Assembly: GCA_025786725.1 (NCBI GenBank)
Contig: JAHLTZ010000003.1
Span: 1-64,000 of the forward strand
Direction: 5' to 3'
Length of the DNA stretch: 64,000 nucleotides
From: Syncephalis fuscata S228
Lineage: Eukaryota > Fungi > Zoopagomycota
The number at the start of each line of letters is the position of its first letter. Positions within the stretch are counted from its first letter, which is position 1. Shown here one piece after another: positions 11,601-25,199 of this stretch. The notes beneath the pieces are model-generated. The model saw only the letters and a program-made list of their open reading frames with translations, searched no databases and was not told where the DNA came from. The position numbers were made by a program, and so were the translations under genes.

Positions 11601-13242
11601 TGTTAAAATGATCTTGCAAGTTTTAAAGTGATGCTAAGGTGTTTCTGGATCAAACTCTGTTCAAAAGTAGGTAAAGTGCGATGGTTCTAGCTGGCGAATG
11701 CGAAAGTTGTGTTGATTACAGTTGGATATCGTTCAAATGATGGCAAATTTATATCTCTAGCGGGAAGGCAGAATTTGAACTGCGTTTAGAAAAAATCTAT
11801 TATTAGAGAACGCAGTCATGAAAATGCAATAATGTCGGACTAACAGTGTCTCAATACATTAGCTTTCGCTTGAGTTAGATGTCTCAACTGAGTGGTAGTA
11901 CAAATTTCTAAATAAAGTAAAGCCATTGCCTAATGTTGATTGATGTGAAAGCTTAAAAATAGCAATTCCAATAAAAGTGCTTTGAACATCAAACAATGTT
12001 AAAAATACTTTTCTGGATTTAAAAAGCATGAATATTATTCGGCTAATAAAACGGATGTTTTCCCTATCTTCTTTTGGGGATAAAGCGCTAATTGCAACTC
12101 AAAATAGTGAACGATGATTAGTAAATAGCCACTATAGCCTACTATCGTTTATACTTGATTTGGACTTACTAGAAATAACATACGGTTTCTTATCAAGTGT
12201 ATTATATTTAGAAATAGATACTCCCATAGCTTTTTTAGCGCAAACTCAGTTTGGGAATTGGTCGCAGAATATGTTATGGCCTGGCACGGAAAAGCTTGGT
12301 AGTAGCCCAGTTGATAGCACTGAAAACTGCGTAAACTATCTTCAATTTGTTTGAATAAGCAAACAGTTGCATATACAGCCAGATTGTTGTTTTATTTAAT
12401 TTTTAAAGTGTACGTGTATACGCTTTGCGTAATATATATCAAATATTTTATTTTTGTATTTATTGACTTATAGCCGCTTGCTATACTGCCACTAATAACA
12501 AAAAACATTATTTATATAACCACATTATTAATATATTAACTAATTGCCTTGTGTTTTATGTATAAAAATTAAATACAATATAACTAAAGTTAATTAAGTA
12601 ATAGCTATTGTTATAATCATTGCGTGATACAAAAATTCAAGTATTTGACTTGTGCTTATTAGGCATATAACCATTCACAAATTATATATTAACAACAATT
12701 GTACGTTGAAAAATAAGAGAAAGAATTGTATATGTTAGAATATATGGCTAGTGTATAGCAATGTTATTTACAGATGTTGTTCGGTGAATAACGCCATTTT
12801 GCACATAGATCTATAATAAAGCTAATAAATACACATATACTTTAATGTGACTCTTGTACAAAATAATATAATTCAAACGATTAGGCTATATAAGATTGTG
12901 CTGTTTTACAATGTTATTCATAATAATATAGCAAATATATTAATCAATATATTAATCAATATATGTGAACTATCAACACCCAACTGCTTGATAATAAAAT
13001 GTGCAAATTTGTTATAGCTATTAGATTCAAACTATAATACAAATATTTTACAATATTGCAATACTTATTTCATCTTTTTATCTACAATTGCTTTTGAATT
13101 ATCATTGAGTAAAATATTGATTGCAAATATATCTTTATTTAAGGTACTTCATTTTCAAACACAAAATAAACATACCAAATCATTCGCATCGTTTAAATAA
13201 ATTACTAATGCAACAGACATTCAACAGAATAGTCATTTATTA

Positions 13243-15516
13243 TTAGAAACCACCGTGTAGTGCAGTTAGACGAGTAGCAAGTGCCGGATGCTGTTTAGCA
13301 AACATAACTTGTGTCCTTGTAGCCTAAATAAAAACGACACATTAAATTATCCACAGTGTAGCTCGTGTCAAAAGATCTTACCTCACAGTAGCCCACCATC
13401 GTTGAAATCTCTTGTTCAGTACGTGCCAGCGCAACGCCACGTTCGAATAAAATAAGTGCGTTAGCCATTTTACCCTGTTGCAGATAAAGCTGTGCCAAAC
13501 TAATCATAGCCGCCTCGCATTCGTTGTCGACTAAATATTTATAAAAATACTAATACCATGGCTTTTATTTATTTATCCTACCTTCAATGGCTTTTTTAAG
13601 CAATTTCTCGGCTCCAGCTGCATCGGACTTTTGTTGCATGCATAACAAAGCCTGATTGACCCAGGCTAATGCATTGGAGGGATCCAGCTCAGATGCTTCT
13701 TCCAATAGCTTCTTAGCCTCATCAAAGCGTTGCTGATCAATCAGCAGCTCCGAATGGAAGATACGTACATGGGCCGACTTGGGGAATGAACGTCCGGCAC
13801 GGCGGAAAGTAGCCTCTGCCGCTCGTTTCTCGTCTAACCGGTACTGAGTCATGCCAAGTTGAATATATGCCACAGAGCGCGTATCGTCTAGTTCAATGGC
13901 CTTTTTATAGTCGGCCGCTGCCTTGTCAAGCTCCCCTTGAATAAAATATCCTAATCTGATAGTTAAATACCGTTTATAGCACATACAAATAAAGAACACC
14001 CACCTTGTCCACTATAATTACCGTTATATTGTAATGCCAATCATTAGCTGGTTACTCAAATAATAGCTATTCCCTTACCGATTATAATATACATCAGCAT
14101 TGGCATCATCCACGCTTAATGCCTCGTTAAACTGCTCCATACCAGCTGCAGCGTCACCAAGCTGCAGTAAAGTAGCGCCGCGCAATACCATCGTTTCAGC
14201 GTCATTTGGTTTAATCTCTAATGCCTGGGCAAAGTCACGAATTGCCGCCAACATATTGCCACGTAAACCAAAGAATAGAGCACGCAGTGCAACAGCATGA
14301 TGTTGCCGTGTACAACCTGCATCTACTGCCTGAATAATCAGGTTCTCAGCCTCAGCGTATTGCTCCTTCAATAAAGCAGTCAAAGCCATTCGATAGACAT
14401 CATCCCCGGCCAATCCTGAATTCTCTGGTACTGCCGCTAATGTTTCTTCTATTCCAGCCTTTACGCCTAGAAATAAAAACATAAATATTTACCTATCAAG
14501 TAGTTTTTTACTTACAGCCATGGAATCCTTCCAAATATGAAGAAATTACATAACCTGATGGAAATCCAAGATCTTTACTTTTTCGTTCCTATTATAAGCA
14601 TTTCACGTTGATCCATGTGTTGCTAATCATCGATCAATTCTACCTACCTTAAGCACTTCCTTGGTTTTCTCATCAGTGAGTGCCTTTAAAGATCGTTCCA
14701 TAGAAACGGCAAAGTTTTGATTTTTAAATTCATCAATAATACAACAGGCCGTATAATCTAAATAGCAACATTATAATAAACTCGAATCATCTATGATAGC
14801 ATAACTACCATTTACTGCCTCTTCGTACTCCATCAAATTCTCACGTGCAGCCGCTCGTCGATTAAGTGCTTTAACATATGCTTCATCTCGTTTCAATGCT
14901 TCATCGCAATCCCGAATACAATCATGATAACGACCCATGCTAAGATAACATGCCGCGCGATTTGCGTAAAATACTGGATCTTCCGTGTAGAATTTAATAG
15001 CCTGACTATAACCAACAATTGCTGACTCGTATTTTTTTGCAACATAGTCAGCATTTCCTTTGGATTTCATAGTTTGCGCGTGGGCCATTCTTTCCTATGA
15101 GCATGCCAATAAGTCGCTGACCTTACTATATGTCTATATTTAAGGACCCACCTTATCCGAAAGTTGTGCAATTTGCTCATCGGTATAATTTGCCGCTACT
15201 GCATATATGGTTAATACAGCACTTGATATACTCTACTTTACTCACTGCTATCTTCGTCAGTTTCAACGGTAGATTTATTCTTGGAATCGGTAGCATCAAG
15301 ATCCCGAGAAGTTGGTCCACTTTTTTTGGTCTTCTTCTTTTTCTTTAGTCGTCGCTTGTTGCCGCCCTTCCCACCAGCGCCTGATTTATCACTGCTGGCC
15401 AACCACCAAATACCAATACCGGCTAGCGCTAGTGCTGCAGCCCCTGCCAGTAAACGCCAGTCCTTTTTCTCTACCATACTGGCAGCCTTTTCACGAATTG
15501 TAGTAGCGCTGGACAT
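13243..15516 (-). CDS. TOM70: Mitochondrial import receptor Tom70 (TPR protein)
   Basis: N-terminal TM anchor then basic KKKKK stretch. Clamp TPR KSKGN..Y..KKYESAI..YSQAI...PVFYANRAACY, YYNRGQ, C-terminal TPRs. About 9 introns, including an 8-nt micro-exon at 14004-14011. Confidence 0.9.
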
Positions 15517-15798
15517 TGTTGAAACGCACTATACTAAGCAACAGGTCAAAGCGTAATCGTCCAGAATCAATAAAAATAATATTAATAACACGAATCGTCA
15601 AGCGGACACAGGAAAAGCAACAAGCTTGTCTACAGACCGTGTTTGCTGTTGTTTTTTCTCGTGCACCTTCAATAAAAGAATCATTTCAGTTTCAACCGAG
15701 AAAAACTGTCAAACTAAAACTGACAACTGCTGCTGTCGTCGTCGTGGCTTAACGTTCATCTACAATTAATCTCTATTTCTTAAAGCTACGTGGCGACT

Positions 15799-16474
15799 AT
15801 GAATTCCATACTGAATCCAGGTGGTGCAGCCAACAAGGCTAATACAGTGCCTAAGGAGGCGCATACTATGGCGCTTATTCTTAGATCCCTCGGCGTGCAG
15901 GACTACGATCCAAAGATTGTACCAATGCTCATGGAATTTGTACATCGTAAGCAATTAGCAAGTAAAATGTAGATGTTCTAAACGCAAATTTATTATTTAG
16001 GCTATATGACAGATGTATTTCAGGATGCGCAGCTTTACGCAGAACATGCAGGAAAACGCGATATTGAACTGGACGATATCCAGCTTTCCATTCAAGGACT
16101 GGTTAATAATACGTTTACAGGACCGCCACCACGAGAAGTAAGCTTGAACAGCATATGTAATGCAGCTTGACTAAACTACTCTGCTCGATGATGTGTATTT
16201 TTATAGTTTCTTATGGAACTCGCCTCAGAAAAGAACGCTATGCCATTACCATTGATTCCTGAACGCTATGGCATTCGATTGCCTCCTGAGCAATACTGTT
16301 TAACAGGTGCCAATTTTCAAATTGTACCCGAGGTATGAGTAGTGATTAGTTTCTATAATATAGCTTTGACTAACACTCGCTGGTCGACATCTAATATTAA
16401 AGCCTTTATCTACGGATGAACCACGCGTAACATCCGGCAGCAATAGCACGAATCCGTGGCCATCCACTCGCTAA
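15799..16474 (+). CDS. TAF9: TFIID/SAGA subunit Taf9
   Basis: Spliced (3 introns): VPKEAHTMALILRSLGVQDYDPKIVPMLMEFVHRYMTDVFQDAQLYAEHA...PPPREFLMELASEKNAMPLPLI..YGIRLPPEQYCLTGANF. Confidence 0.95.
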
Positions 16475-16587
16475 TTTTTATTGTACTATTATTGCTACTA
16501 TGTTTGATTGGACTCTCAATAAATTTGATGATTAAAACCAACACTTATTAACAGAATACTATGTTTTATTCATAAATGGCTATTTAG

Positions 16588-17821
16588 TCATTGCTTGTCG
16601 GTTAGACGGACACACTGATCGGTGCCCGGATAGTTGGGCAGATTAAGAGCATAACGACTGGCCATTTCACTGCTGCTTGTTAGTTTCATATACTATAGCG
16701 ATCGAGTACAACGACTTACGAGGGAATAAAGCGCCCTCCCAAGTAGTGAAAACGACCTTGAAATTGCGTGCTCCGAGCTTTGGCGCCGTTAACGATATTA
16801 GCATATCTGGTTGAAATGTATCATTGCCTAGATGGCGACAACCTAACCATATTCAATGTTACTATTGAATTCATCTACGATCCTAACATATACTTGCCTT
16901 GTCAACGTCCCAGCCAGATGGAATATCAACTACATTGATATTGATGTATTTGTAAACATTTGTATAATGATTATTATAGCTAGTATAGCACTCACCTGAT
17001 ACAACCGGCAGTTTTGTTTCGCGGAATAACTGTAAAGTTTGTTACATTAGTAAAAGCGTGTATTTACGGATTGTTACTTACCTGGATTACTTGCGGGAAA
17101 GGTTCACGAACACTCCCACCAAAACTAAATCCTATTTAACGATTAGATGTTTTAATTGAACAAAAAGTCATGACTTACCAAATACCGAATCGACAATCAA
17201 ATCGGCCTCATTAGCTGCTTGCTCGACTGCTTCCTTGCAAATAGGTATTGATAAATTATTGCATTGCTTTATCAATAGCTATCATGGATTATATGAATAT
17301 TAATAAATCAGTACTATTAGTGCAGTACCTGAAATAGTTGATTTCGGCCTTGTTTTGGATAGTAGATTCGTGGCTGATATCCAAAATGCGTTAGATGACG
17401 TGCACAAACAAGTCCTACGCAATAAACCACATAAAAGAATCTCAATACAGTAAATACTTGGTGTTTATGAATACGCACCATCACCACCATTGTTGCCAGG
17501 ACCACAGCAAACAAGCACGCGTGGATACCGCTCAGCAGCGTATTCTTTCGCGATCGATTCCGCAACGCTTAAACCCGCTATAGTGCCAATGTTAAAATAA
17601 AAGCATTGAGCTATTAGTAATGGAGAAATACAAGAGCAATGACGTTCATACCAAGCTCCATTAGCTGCTCAATAGCAAAACCACCAAGTTCAGGATTCAT
17701 TAGCTCAGTGTCAATTTGCTGAGCAAGTTGTTGGGTCAAATACTGCACGCACAACATTACCAATTGTCAGTTGTAACTAATATAGCTTTAACTAAAATAC
17801 AATACATACTCGAAGAGTCAT
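16588..17821 (-). CDS. NNR1: NAD(P)H-hydrate epimerase (YjeF_N family)
   Basis: Spliced: [80 protein letters not shown]. One base appears to be missing near 16756-16759. Confidence 0.92.
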
Positions 17822-17889
17822 TATATTTAAATTGATTACGAAGTAACGAAAACAAGAACAAAGTGCAAGTAACGTTAGAAATATTCGAA

Positions 17890-18190
17890 TAATAAACCGT
17901 CAATTAGTTTTTAATACTAAAAAGTGTTATTTATTGAAGCAGTGCCACATCAACTTCAATTAAATCAATCAGTGTCTTAATTAATCAGCACTATTTTTAA
18001 TATATGATATTAGTGTTAATAAATATTATAGTATTCCATATTACTTACAATAAAATATAATAAACAGATAAATGTTAATCCATATTATTGTTACTGTAAA
18101 GTATTCAAAGCATTATAATTTGATATTTAATGCCCCTCACCATCCAGTTCCATGTTTAGTAGAATAACAAATGTGTGGTTCAATTAAGTA
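17890..18190 (-). repeat. Dispersed repeat, family A' (inverted copy in the NNR1 upstream region)
   Basis: Reverse complement of 10255-10525, ending in GACGGTTT. Confidence 0.7.
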
Positions 18191-18257
18191 AAAAATGTCA
18201 GCTTTGATTTTTTGACGCTGAATCACATGAGTCTACTAATAAATTAATATATAAAAG

Positions 18258-18385
18258 CTATTCTACTTTGACCCCTATGTTCTTTATTTACTCATTTCAC
18301 CGCCTTTTTTTAACACATTTAGACGCAATTAAACGCTCACCCATCACTATTTCATGTGCATTGTAACATGTATAAGATTACATTT
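18258..18385 (+). repeat. Family B partial copy (left end)
   Basis: CTATTCTACTTTGACCCCTA terminus; body matches the reverse complement of 40135-40240. Confidence 0.6.
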
Positions 18386-18659
18386 TTATTTAAATCTTTA
18401 AAATAGCAGCTACTGATGCAATGTTTTTTTACATCCAATCATTTATATTAATATTTATCATGAATAATCATTTAAACACAAAGCAACTATTCAAATCATT
18501 ACAACGGATTGTGTAAAATGATTTACTACTCAGGGGATTAAAGTAGATGCTCAACCTAAATTAATGATATCCATTTGCAAATATAGCACATTATAATTAG
18601 TTAACTGTTTTATTTCTGTTGAGGCCACTATGCCAATGTAGAATGTTTATCATCAATTT

Positions 18660-18830
18660 AATGTGACTTAATGGTCAAATGACTGCAATTAATAGTATTC
18701 GCGCAATTGAACTACACATTCTTTTTATTGAACATGACGGGTGGCGAGTGACATCAATGATCAAAATACTTATCATTATAGATTCATTATCCAGTATGTA
18801 TATATCTAGTACTCATATACTTTCTATTCA
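18660..18830 (+). repeat. Family A terminal fragment
   Basis: GGTCAAATGACTGCAATT...ATTGAACATGACGGGTGGCGAGTGACATCAATGATCAAAATACTTATCATTATAGATTCATTATCCAG matches 34920-35050 and 22865-22945. Confidence 0.65.
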
Positions 18831-20901
18831 GCTAAATTACCTTTATTTCTAGCACCTTTCTTCATTTTATATTGATTTCTTCTTTTTTAAACTTGTACTA
18901 ATATGGATATTTATTATTTGATTTAAATACCATTAAACTATAGCTAGTTGGCATTGGCCAGTCCATCAGCTGTTAGCTATAAACAGTCAACACAATACAC
19001 ACTTTTAAGAAACTATATGTGTAGAAAGATTATGAATAGACTAATCATTACAACTAAAATACATGCAAATTGTTCTGTGGCAATACTACTTTTTACAACA
19101 CTTACAATCTCATCCAATAAACAAGTTTTAAACCGCAACACAATATAGCGCTGAATCAACAGTTGTTTAAAATGCTGTCTTTTTTTGTAGTCGATATAAT
19201 CCGTAGCCGCAATGTAGATTAAAAGTAGAAATACCCAGCAGCATTACGCCTGTTGGATCAAATCGCAATACATATTGCACACAAACATATAAAATTAGTA
19301 TAGCGTGTCCTTGCAATGTAGTAATTATTAAAAAATAGTATTATTATATGAGGCCGTAGCATAATGATAAAATTCATGAAATTTAAAGACATGGAATTGC
19401 CCCAATGCAAATAATAGCACACTTGCTTCCGTTGATGATTGCCGTAATACATCTACGTAGACGCTATTACAAACCTATTAATAGATGATGATGGGAAAAC
19501 ATAAAACGGAATGTATAAAAGACCGTTCGAATTATCGCTGATTGAACATTTCGGCATTACGGGCTACAAATTTTTTATCCGAAACGTCAAGCTAAGTTAG
19601 CCGATATCAAATTTACTGATAACTAGAAACGCGCTTGTAAAATTGTTAACTGATGTATCCACGTTTTGTAATTACATCAACGGTACTTCATTTAGAAAGA
19701 TCAGCAGGATCAAACATGCGACATGCATATAAAACAGCAGCACAGGCGAGACTGGTTCTACACAAGAAAGTTCGTGTGCTACGGATTACAGCAGCGCTCA
19801 GCTTGCGTCAAACTACAGAATATTACCACCGCTTTATTGGGAGAACAAGGCAAGGCTAGAGTAACGTCAGCCAATCGGTTTTGAATCCATGTTGAAGACA
19901 TGGGCAAGAAAGCAGGGGCGTTTCGAAATGGCGATTGCAGACGGAGTGGTTCGTGATTTCTGATTTCTTACATATAAAGATTCAAACAAGTCGCATTGTT
20001 TTACTGCATGAGAAGTTGTGCTATCGATTTGGCGCAGAATGAGCAACAAAATACGTGCTTCTTGTACGATTCAGCGTAGTAGATGTTGTAATTGCTGTAG
20101 ACGAATATAACTAGTTCGGAGCACGGGTACAAGCGCCCCGTTTTACTCAAAACGGCAGTTACATTTATATTGCCTATTGCCTATTAAATGCATTTCGTCC
20201 TACCCTCATGGCAACCAATACTATGGCCAAAGTAGTACCCAGTAGTAGCGGATCCTATTGCAGTAGTACTAAGAGCGCGCCATGCTTGGTTGCCACTCCG
20301 TAGCGTATTTTGTTATCGAAGCCAAGCTGATGTGATGGAATAAATTAATTATTTCATTTGTTATCACTGCTTTCAATCTCAGCTCCTGCTTCCTTTTCTA
20401 CCAATTCGCTATCTTATTGTAGACGGCGCTGCATTTGCCGGCCAATTGTTTCCTTTATTGCTATTACTTTGTATAGATATTTATCACTCATTTAAGCTGA
20501 GGCAATAATTCTAGCCAACCATTGGCAAGGCAGTTATGGAAGATGTGCCTGCCTTTAACTAAGGAAATTGCTATATTTGGTAATTGTACATTGCCGGGAG
20601 AAATTTACATCCTATACGTCTACATACGTTACATTTACGTCTCCGAACTCCCACGAACGTGCTGTTTTCTTGTATAAAGCCAAGCTTTTTGATAGCCATG
20701 TGCCGTTTTTAAGCCGTACTATTTACTCGCTTTACTTATTATTCTACGGCCTTCTTGTTATCGACGCTTGCTCGTCTATATAGTGCTTTATACTCTATTA
20801 AATATCTATCAACTTTATCACTCTCTCCCTGGCAGAGATATACGCAACTTAAAACTTGTTCCTAATTCTAATTTTGATATAATCACCCAACCAATTAAAA
20901 C

Positions 20902-22128
20902 ATGAAGTTCATTCAAGCTGCTGTTCTTTTGGCCTTCGCTGCCACTGTTACTGCTACGCCAACATTTGTGCGTCGCTCATACAGCACTGCTCCTGCTCCA
21001 GGTGGTGAGTCCCCAGCTACTCCTGCTCCAAGCTACACTCCCGCCCCAACTCCAGGTGGTGAGTCCCCAGCTACTCCCGCCCCAAGCTACACTCCCGCCC
21101 CAGTTCCAGGCGGTGAGTCTCCAGCCACTCCTGCCCCAGGCTACATTCCCGCCCCAGTTCCAGGCGGTGAGTCTCCAGCCACTCCTGCTCCAGGCTACGG
21201 TGAAGCTCCTGCTCCAGCTGGTAACCAGACTTACACTCCAACTCCTGCTCCAGCTGGCAACCAGACTTACACTCCAACTCCTGCTCCAACTGGCAACCAG
21301 ACTTACACGCCAACTCCTGCTCCAGCTGGCAATCAGACTTACACGCCAACTCCTGCTCCAGGTGGTGAATCTCCATTCACTCCTGCTCCATACACTCCAA
21401 CTCCTGCTCCATACACTCCGACTCCGGCTCCATACACTCCAACGCCTGCCCCGTCTGGCAATGAAGACTATAACAATCAAACTCCAGCCACACCAGCACC
21501 TAAGAAATGCCACAAGAAGAAATACCCAGTAAAGCCCAAGAAATGCCACAAGAAGCCAGCTACTTACACTCCAACTCCAGCTCCATCTGGTAGCGAGAAC
21601 TATGGTGGCGAGACTCCAGCTACCTACACTCCAACTCCAGCTCCATCTGGTAGCGAGAACTATGGTGGCGAGACTCCAGCTACCTACACTCCAACTCCAG
21701 CTCCATCCGGTAGCGAGAACTATGGTGGCGAGACTCCAGCTACCTACACTCCAACTCCAGCTCCAGCTGGTAACGATACCTATGGCGGTGAGTCCCCAGC
21801 TACCTACACTCCAACTCCAGCTCCAGCTGGTAACCAGACCTATGGTGGCGAGTCCCCAGCTACTCCAGTTCCATGCAACAAGACCACTGGTGGTGAACTC
21901 CCAGCCACCCCAGCTCCATACACTCCAGCCCCAGTTCCAGCTGGTAACCAGACCTATGGTGGTGAGTCCCCAGCTACTTACACTCCAACTCCAGCTCCAG
22001 CTGGTAACCAGACCTATGGTGGCGAGTCCCCAGCTACTCCAGTTCCATGCAACAAGACCACTGGTGGTGAATTGCCAGCCACTCCAGCTCCTTACACTCC
22101 AGTCCCAGCTCCATACACTGCCTACTAA
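20902..22128 (+). CDS. Secreted Pro/Thr/Tyr tandem-repeat protein (GGESPATPAPxYTP; extensin/mucin-like)
   Basis: 408-aa single-exon ORF: signal peptide, RR site, 57-, 42- and 60-nt repeat units, duplicated KKCHKK block, many NxT sequons, ends PYTAY. Confidence 0.9.
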   Translation: MKFIQAAVLLAFAATVTATPTFVRRSYSTAPAPGGESPATPAPSYTPAPTPGGESPATPAPSYTPAPVPGGESPATPAPGYIPAPVPGGESPATPAPGYGEAPAPAGNQTYTPTPAPAGNQTYTPTPAPTGNQTYTPTPAPAGNQTYTPTPAPGGESPFTPAPYTPTPAPYTPTPAPYTPTPAPSGNEDYNNQTPATPAPKKCHKKKYPVKPKKCHKKPATYTPTPAPSGSENYGGETPATYTPTPAPSGSENYGGETPATYTPTPAPSGSENYGGETPATYTPTPAPAGNDTYGGESPATYTPTPAPAGNQTYGGESPATPVPCNKTTGGELPATPAPYTPAPVPAGNQTYGGESPATYTPTPAPAGNQTYGGESPATPVPCNKTTGGELPATPAPYTPVPAPYTAY

Positions 22129-22809
22129 GCGTATCGTAGTTTAGCTTGTCTATATAGCTGTACTTGTTATGGTGCCATAATAATAACCAAATTTAATATA
22201 AAACTATTGGATCATTTTTAATTGATTCCTGTTACATGTGTTAAATGTAGGATTTCTAATATTAATTATACTTTATTTTTTATTATTAATTTTTAATCAA
22301 TTTGAGCATAATGACTTTAAATATGTCTTGTACTTTAGTTACATGTATGTGTATATATTGGCTACAACTAACAATTAGCAATATTGTTTGTGTAGTATTT
22401 AATCCAGCACATTGCTTGGTAAATTGACATCGAGCTAATGGAACTTGGTATGAATGTCATTACTTTTGTATTTCTACATTACTAATAGCTCAATGCTTTT
22501 ATTCTAACATTAGTACTGCTACAGTAACTAAATAGTAATGCATATAAATCAATGTATCTTGTAATTAGATAATTTGTTTATCATATAATATATAATTTAA
22601 TTAATGCAAACTATTGACCTTCTATTTTTATTTCTATTATACAATATCGCCTGATAGGCGGGTAAGCGCCTGTCTATTTACTTAATATGAATTGATGCTT
22701 ATAATTAAATAATAAAAACACGTTTTATTAATTAATATTCTAACATTTATTGTATTTATCCTATTATTTAAATTGCTTTCTATATTTTGAGCAACTAAGG
22801 CATAACAGT

Positions 22810-23640
22810 GCGATTAAAGTCAATAATTGTATTTAACAATACTCACGCAATTTAATAACATTCAATCTATTGAATATGATGATAGGTGGTGAGTGATGTC
22901 AGGGTCCAAAATGCTCATCATCATAGATTCGTTATCCAATATGCAATATCCATCATTTATTTATATCATTCCCATTCTGTCCCACACTACTATGTATCAT
23001 TCTACGATACACTAGACACATTTTATTGTTTATATGTTCCATCAAACTTTACTCATTCCACTCATTACACTATATACACTGTAACTTTGCCACCACTTTT
23101 ATGATTTCTTACCGTACATTTATCATTTTATATATGATTCTATACTCGCCCAGTCTTACTTTATCCAAAACTATTTTTATTTTTGTTCTAGCACCATTAT
23201 TAACAAATATTGACTAGTTCCGCTCATTGATCATGCATACATGCTCATTAACTTTAACATAGCTAATCGCCATTTCACACCATAGATTCTTTATATTGTA
23301 TACCATTTTATTATCTAATAAATACGCGTTATCATTACATTTGTTTTTGGTTTTTTTGGTTTTAGCGCTATCACTAATGATCTCAACTCATTCACTTCAT
23401 GCATTTAGCAAGCTATATTTAATTGAGCATCTAACAATATGATATATTTTGTATAACATGGAATGATATATAGTAGTGTAAAATAGAATGGTAATGATAT
23501 AAATAAATGGTGGATATATGCATACTGAATAATGAATCTATGACGATGAGTATTTGATGATTAACGTCACTCACCACCCATCATCATGTTTAATAGAACA
23601 AATTGTACTTCAATTGCAGTCATTCGACCACCAAATCACA
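22810..23640. mobile_element. MITE-like element, family A (long imperfect TIRs)
   Basis: ~22865-23005 is the reverse complement of ~23455-23595. The internal body is shared with 35115-35375 and 42770-43030. No ORF. Confidence 0.75.
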
Positions 23641-25199
23641 ATCTATGTAATAGTTTGATTATTAAATGATAAATGGATAACACCAATCATCACATTTATC
23701 AGATTGTGGATTATTAATCTGTCCTTCATTATAGACAGCTTTTCTTTGAATCAATCAGTATTACACCAACACAGGTCATACACAATAACAATTAATACAC
23801 ACATATATAACTAATGTAAATCATTTTAAACACTGTCATTGATCAAGCAAACACAAAAAGTGGTCTACAATATTTGGATATCTATGATCGTGCATTAAAT
23901 CTAAAGAAAGGTATGCATAAATCAAGTGAATAGCATGCAATTCACTAAAGATAATAAGCAAAAAAAAACAAAAAAGATGCATTGAGATACAACCACAACT
24001 AAATAAAATAATGTTGGTAAATCTACAAAAAGAGTAGATTATCGAGTAGACTATTAGAAAGAGCGCGTGGGCTCACACACCTGTCCACTCGCTCACCACA
24101 TACGGAACTAGAAAAAGCACATTGAGAAAAGGAAACGGAAATAAAATAATGAAACTGGAAATTAGAAGGAATATGATATACAAAGTCATCGGGACCACAA
24201 GGCCATAGGCGAGCATAATGTATATATAGAATAGCCACGCCGCCGATATTACTCTAGACGATGTAGAGAATGAGAATGAGAGTGAGAAAGGAAAGAGGAG
24301 AGGAAAGTAAAGGAAACGGCTTGCATTGTAAGAGCAAGTAGAAAGCCTGTGCTCAAAGGCGCATGAGATGCGCAATATGGACCGGTGCGCCCGCGCATTC
24401 TAATCAAATAGTAATAATACTTATAATAATGATAATAATGATAATGATAATTATAGTTGTAATCCCAGTAATCTAACAAAGTAGACACCGATGAAGGTTA
24501 TATGACAGCCAATGATCGACGGAATGCCTGGAGTCCGGACTAGATTGGCTGTAGTGAACGAGAGTACGGCGCTGTACACCATAGAGTTGTCGTAGAAATA
24601 AACCGACGTATCCACACGGTAAAGGAGACTTGGCTGTCTAATCCAAATGGCCAGAAAAAAGACAGTAGTACCAAGGCTGGCCGGCCATTTACTATTCCAA
24701 GGTGATGGAAAATAGACAGCTCTAGACGTGGTAGCGGAGAATAGAAACCAGACAGGTCTACGCCACAAAAGGGACGCAACAATGGCACACGCACAAACAA
24801 CTGGGAATGCGCGGTGAAGCGAGAAAAAAGCAGCCTAATAAACCGTAAAGCTACTACTACTGCTACAACGCTGCCCTGTTCCTAACATGAGGAGAAAAGG
24901 GACGTGTGCCACTAGGATGATGTGCAGTACAGGCACACTACAGTGCAGCGCAGAGCAATTTCACGCGGCATAGAACAGGCCACGTAGAAAGCTTACCACC
25001 ATCATGAATGACGACCTGTCTATCATGTAATCACGCGGTAAGCTGCAAAACTTAAGCGGAAACTGGGAAAGGCACTGAGAAAATACGGAATAGGTGAAAG
25101 GAAACAGAAGTAGATTTTTTAACACTGAAAAGTAGAAGGAAAAGAGAAATGAATAAACACAGTCGTAGTGTGACTATGTTTTTGATCACAAAGGCGCGC

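Noticed and set aside
21540-22100. Regular 60-nt repeats resembling a CRISPR array
   Set aside because: In-frame coding repeats with no unique spacers, eukaryotic context, no cas genes.
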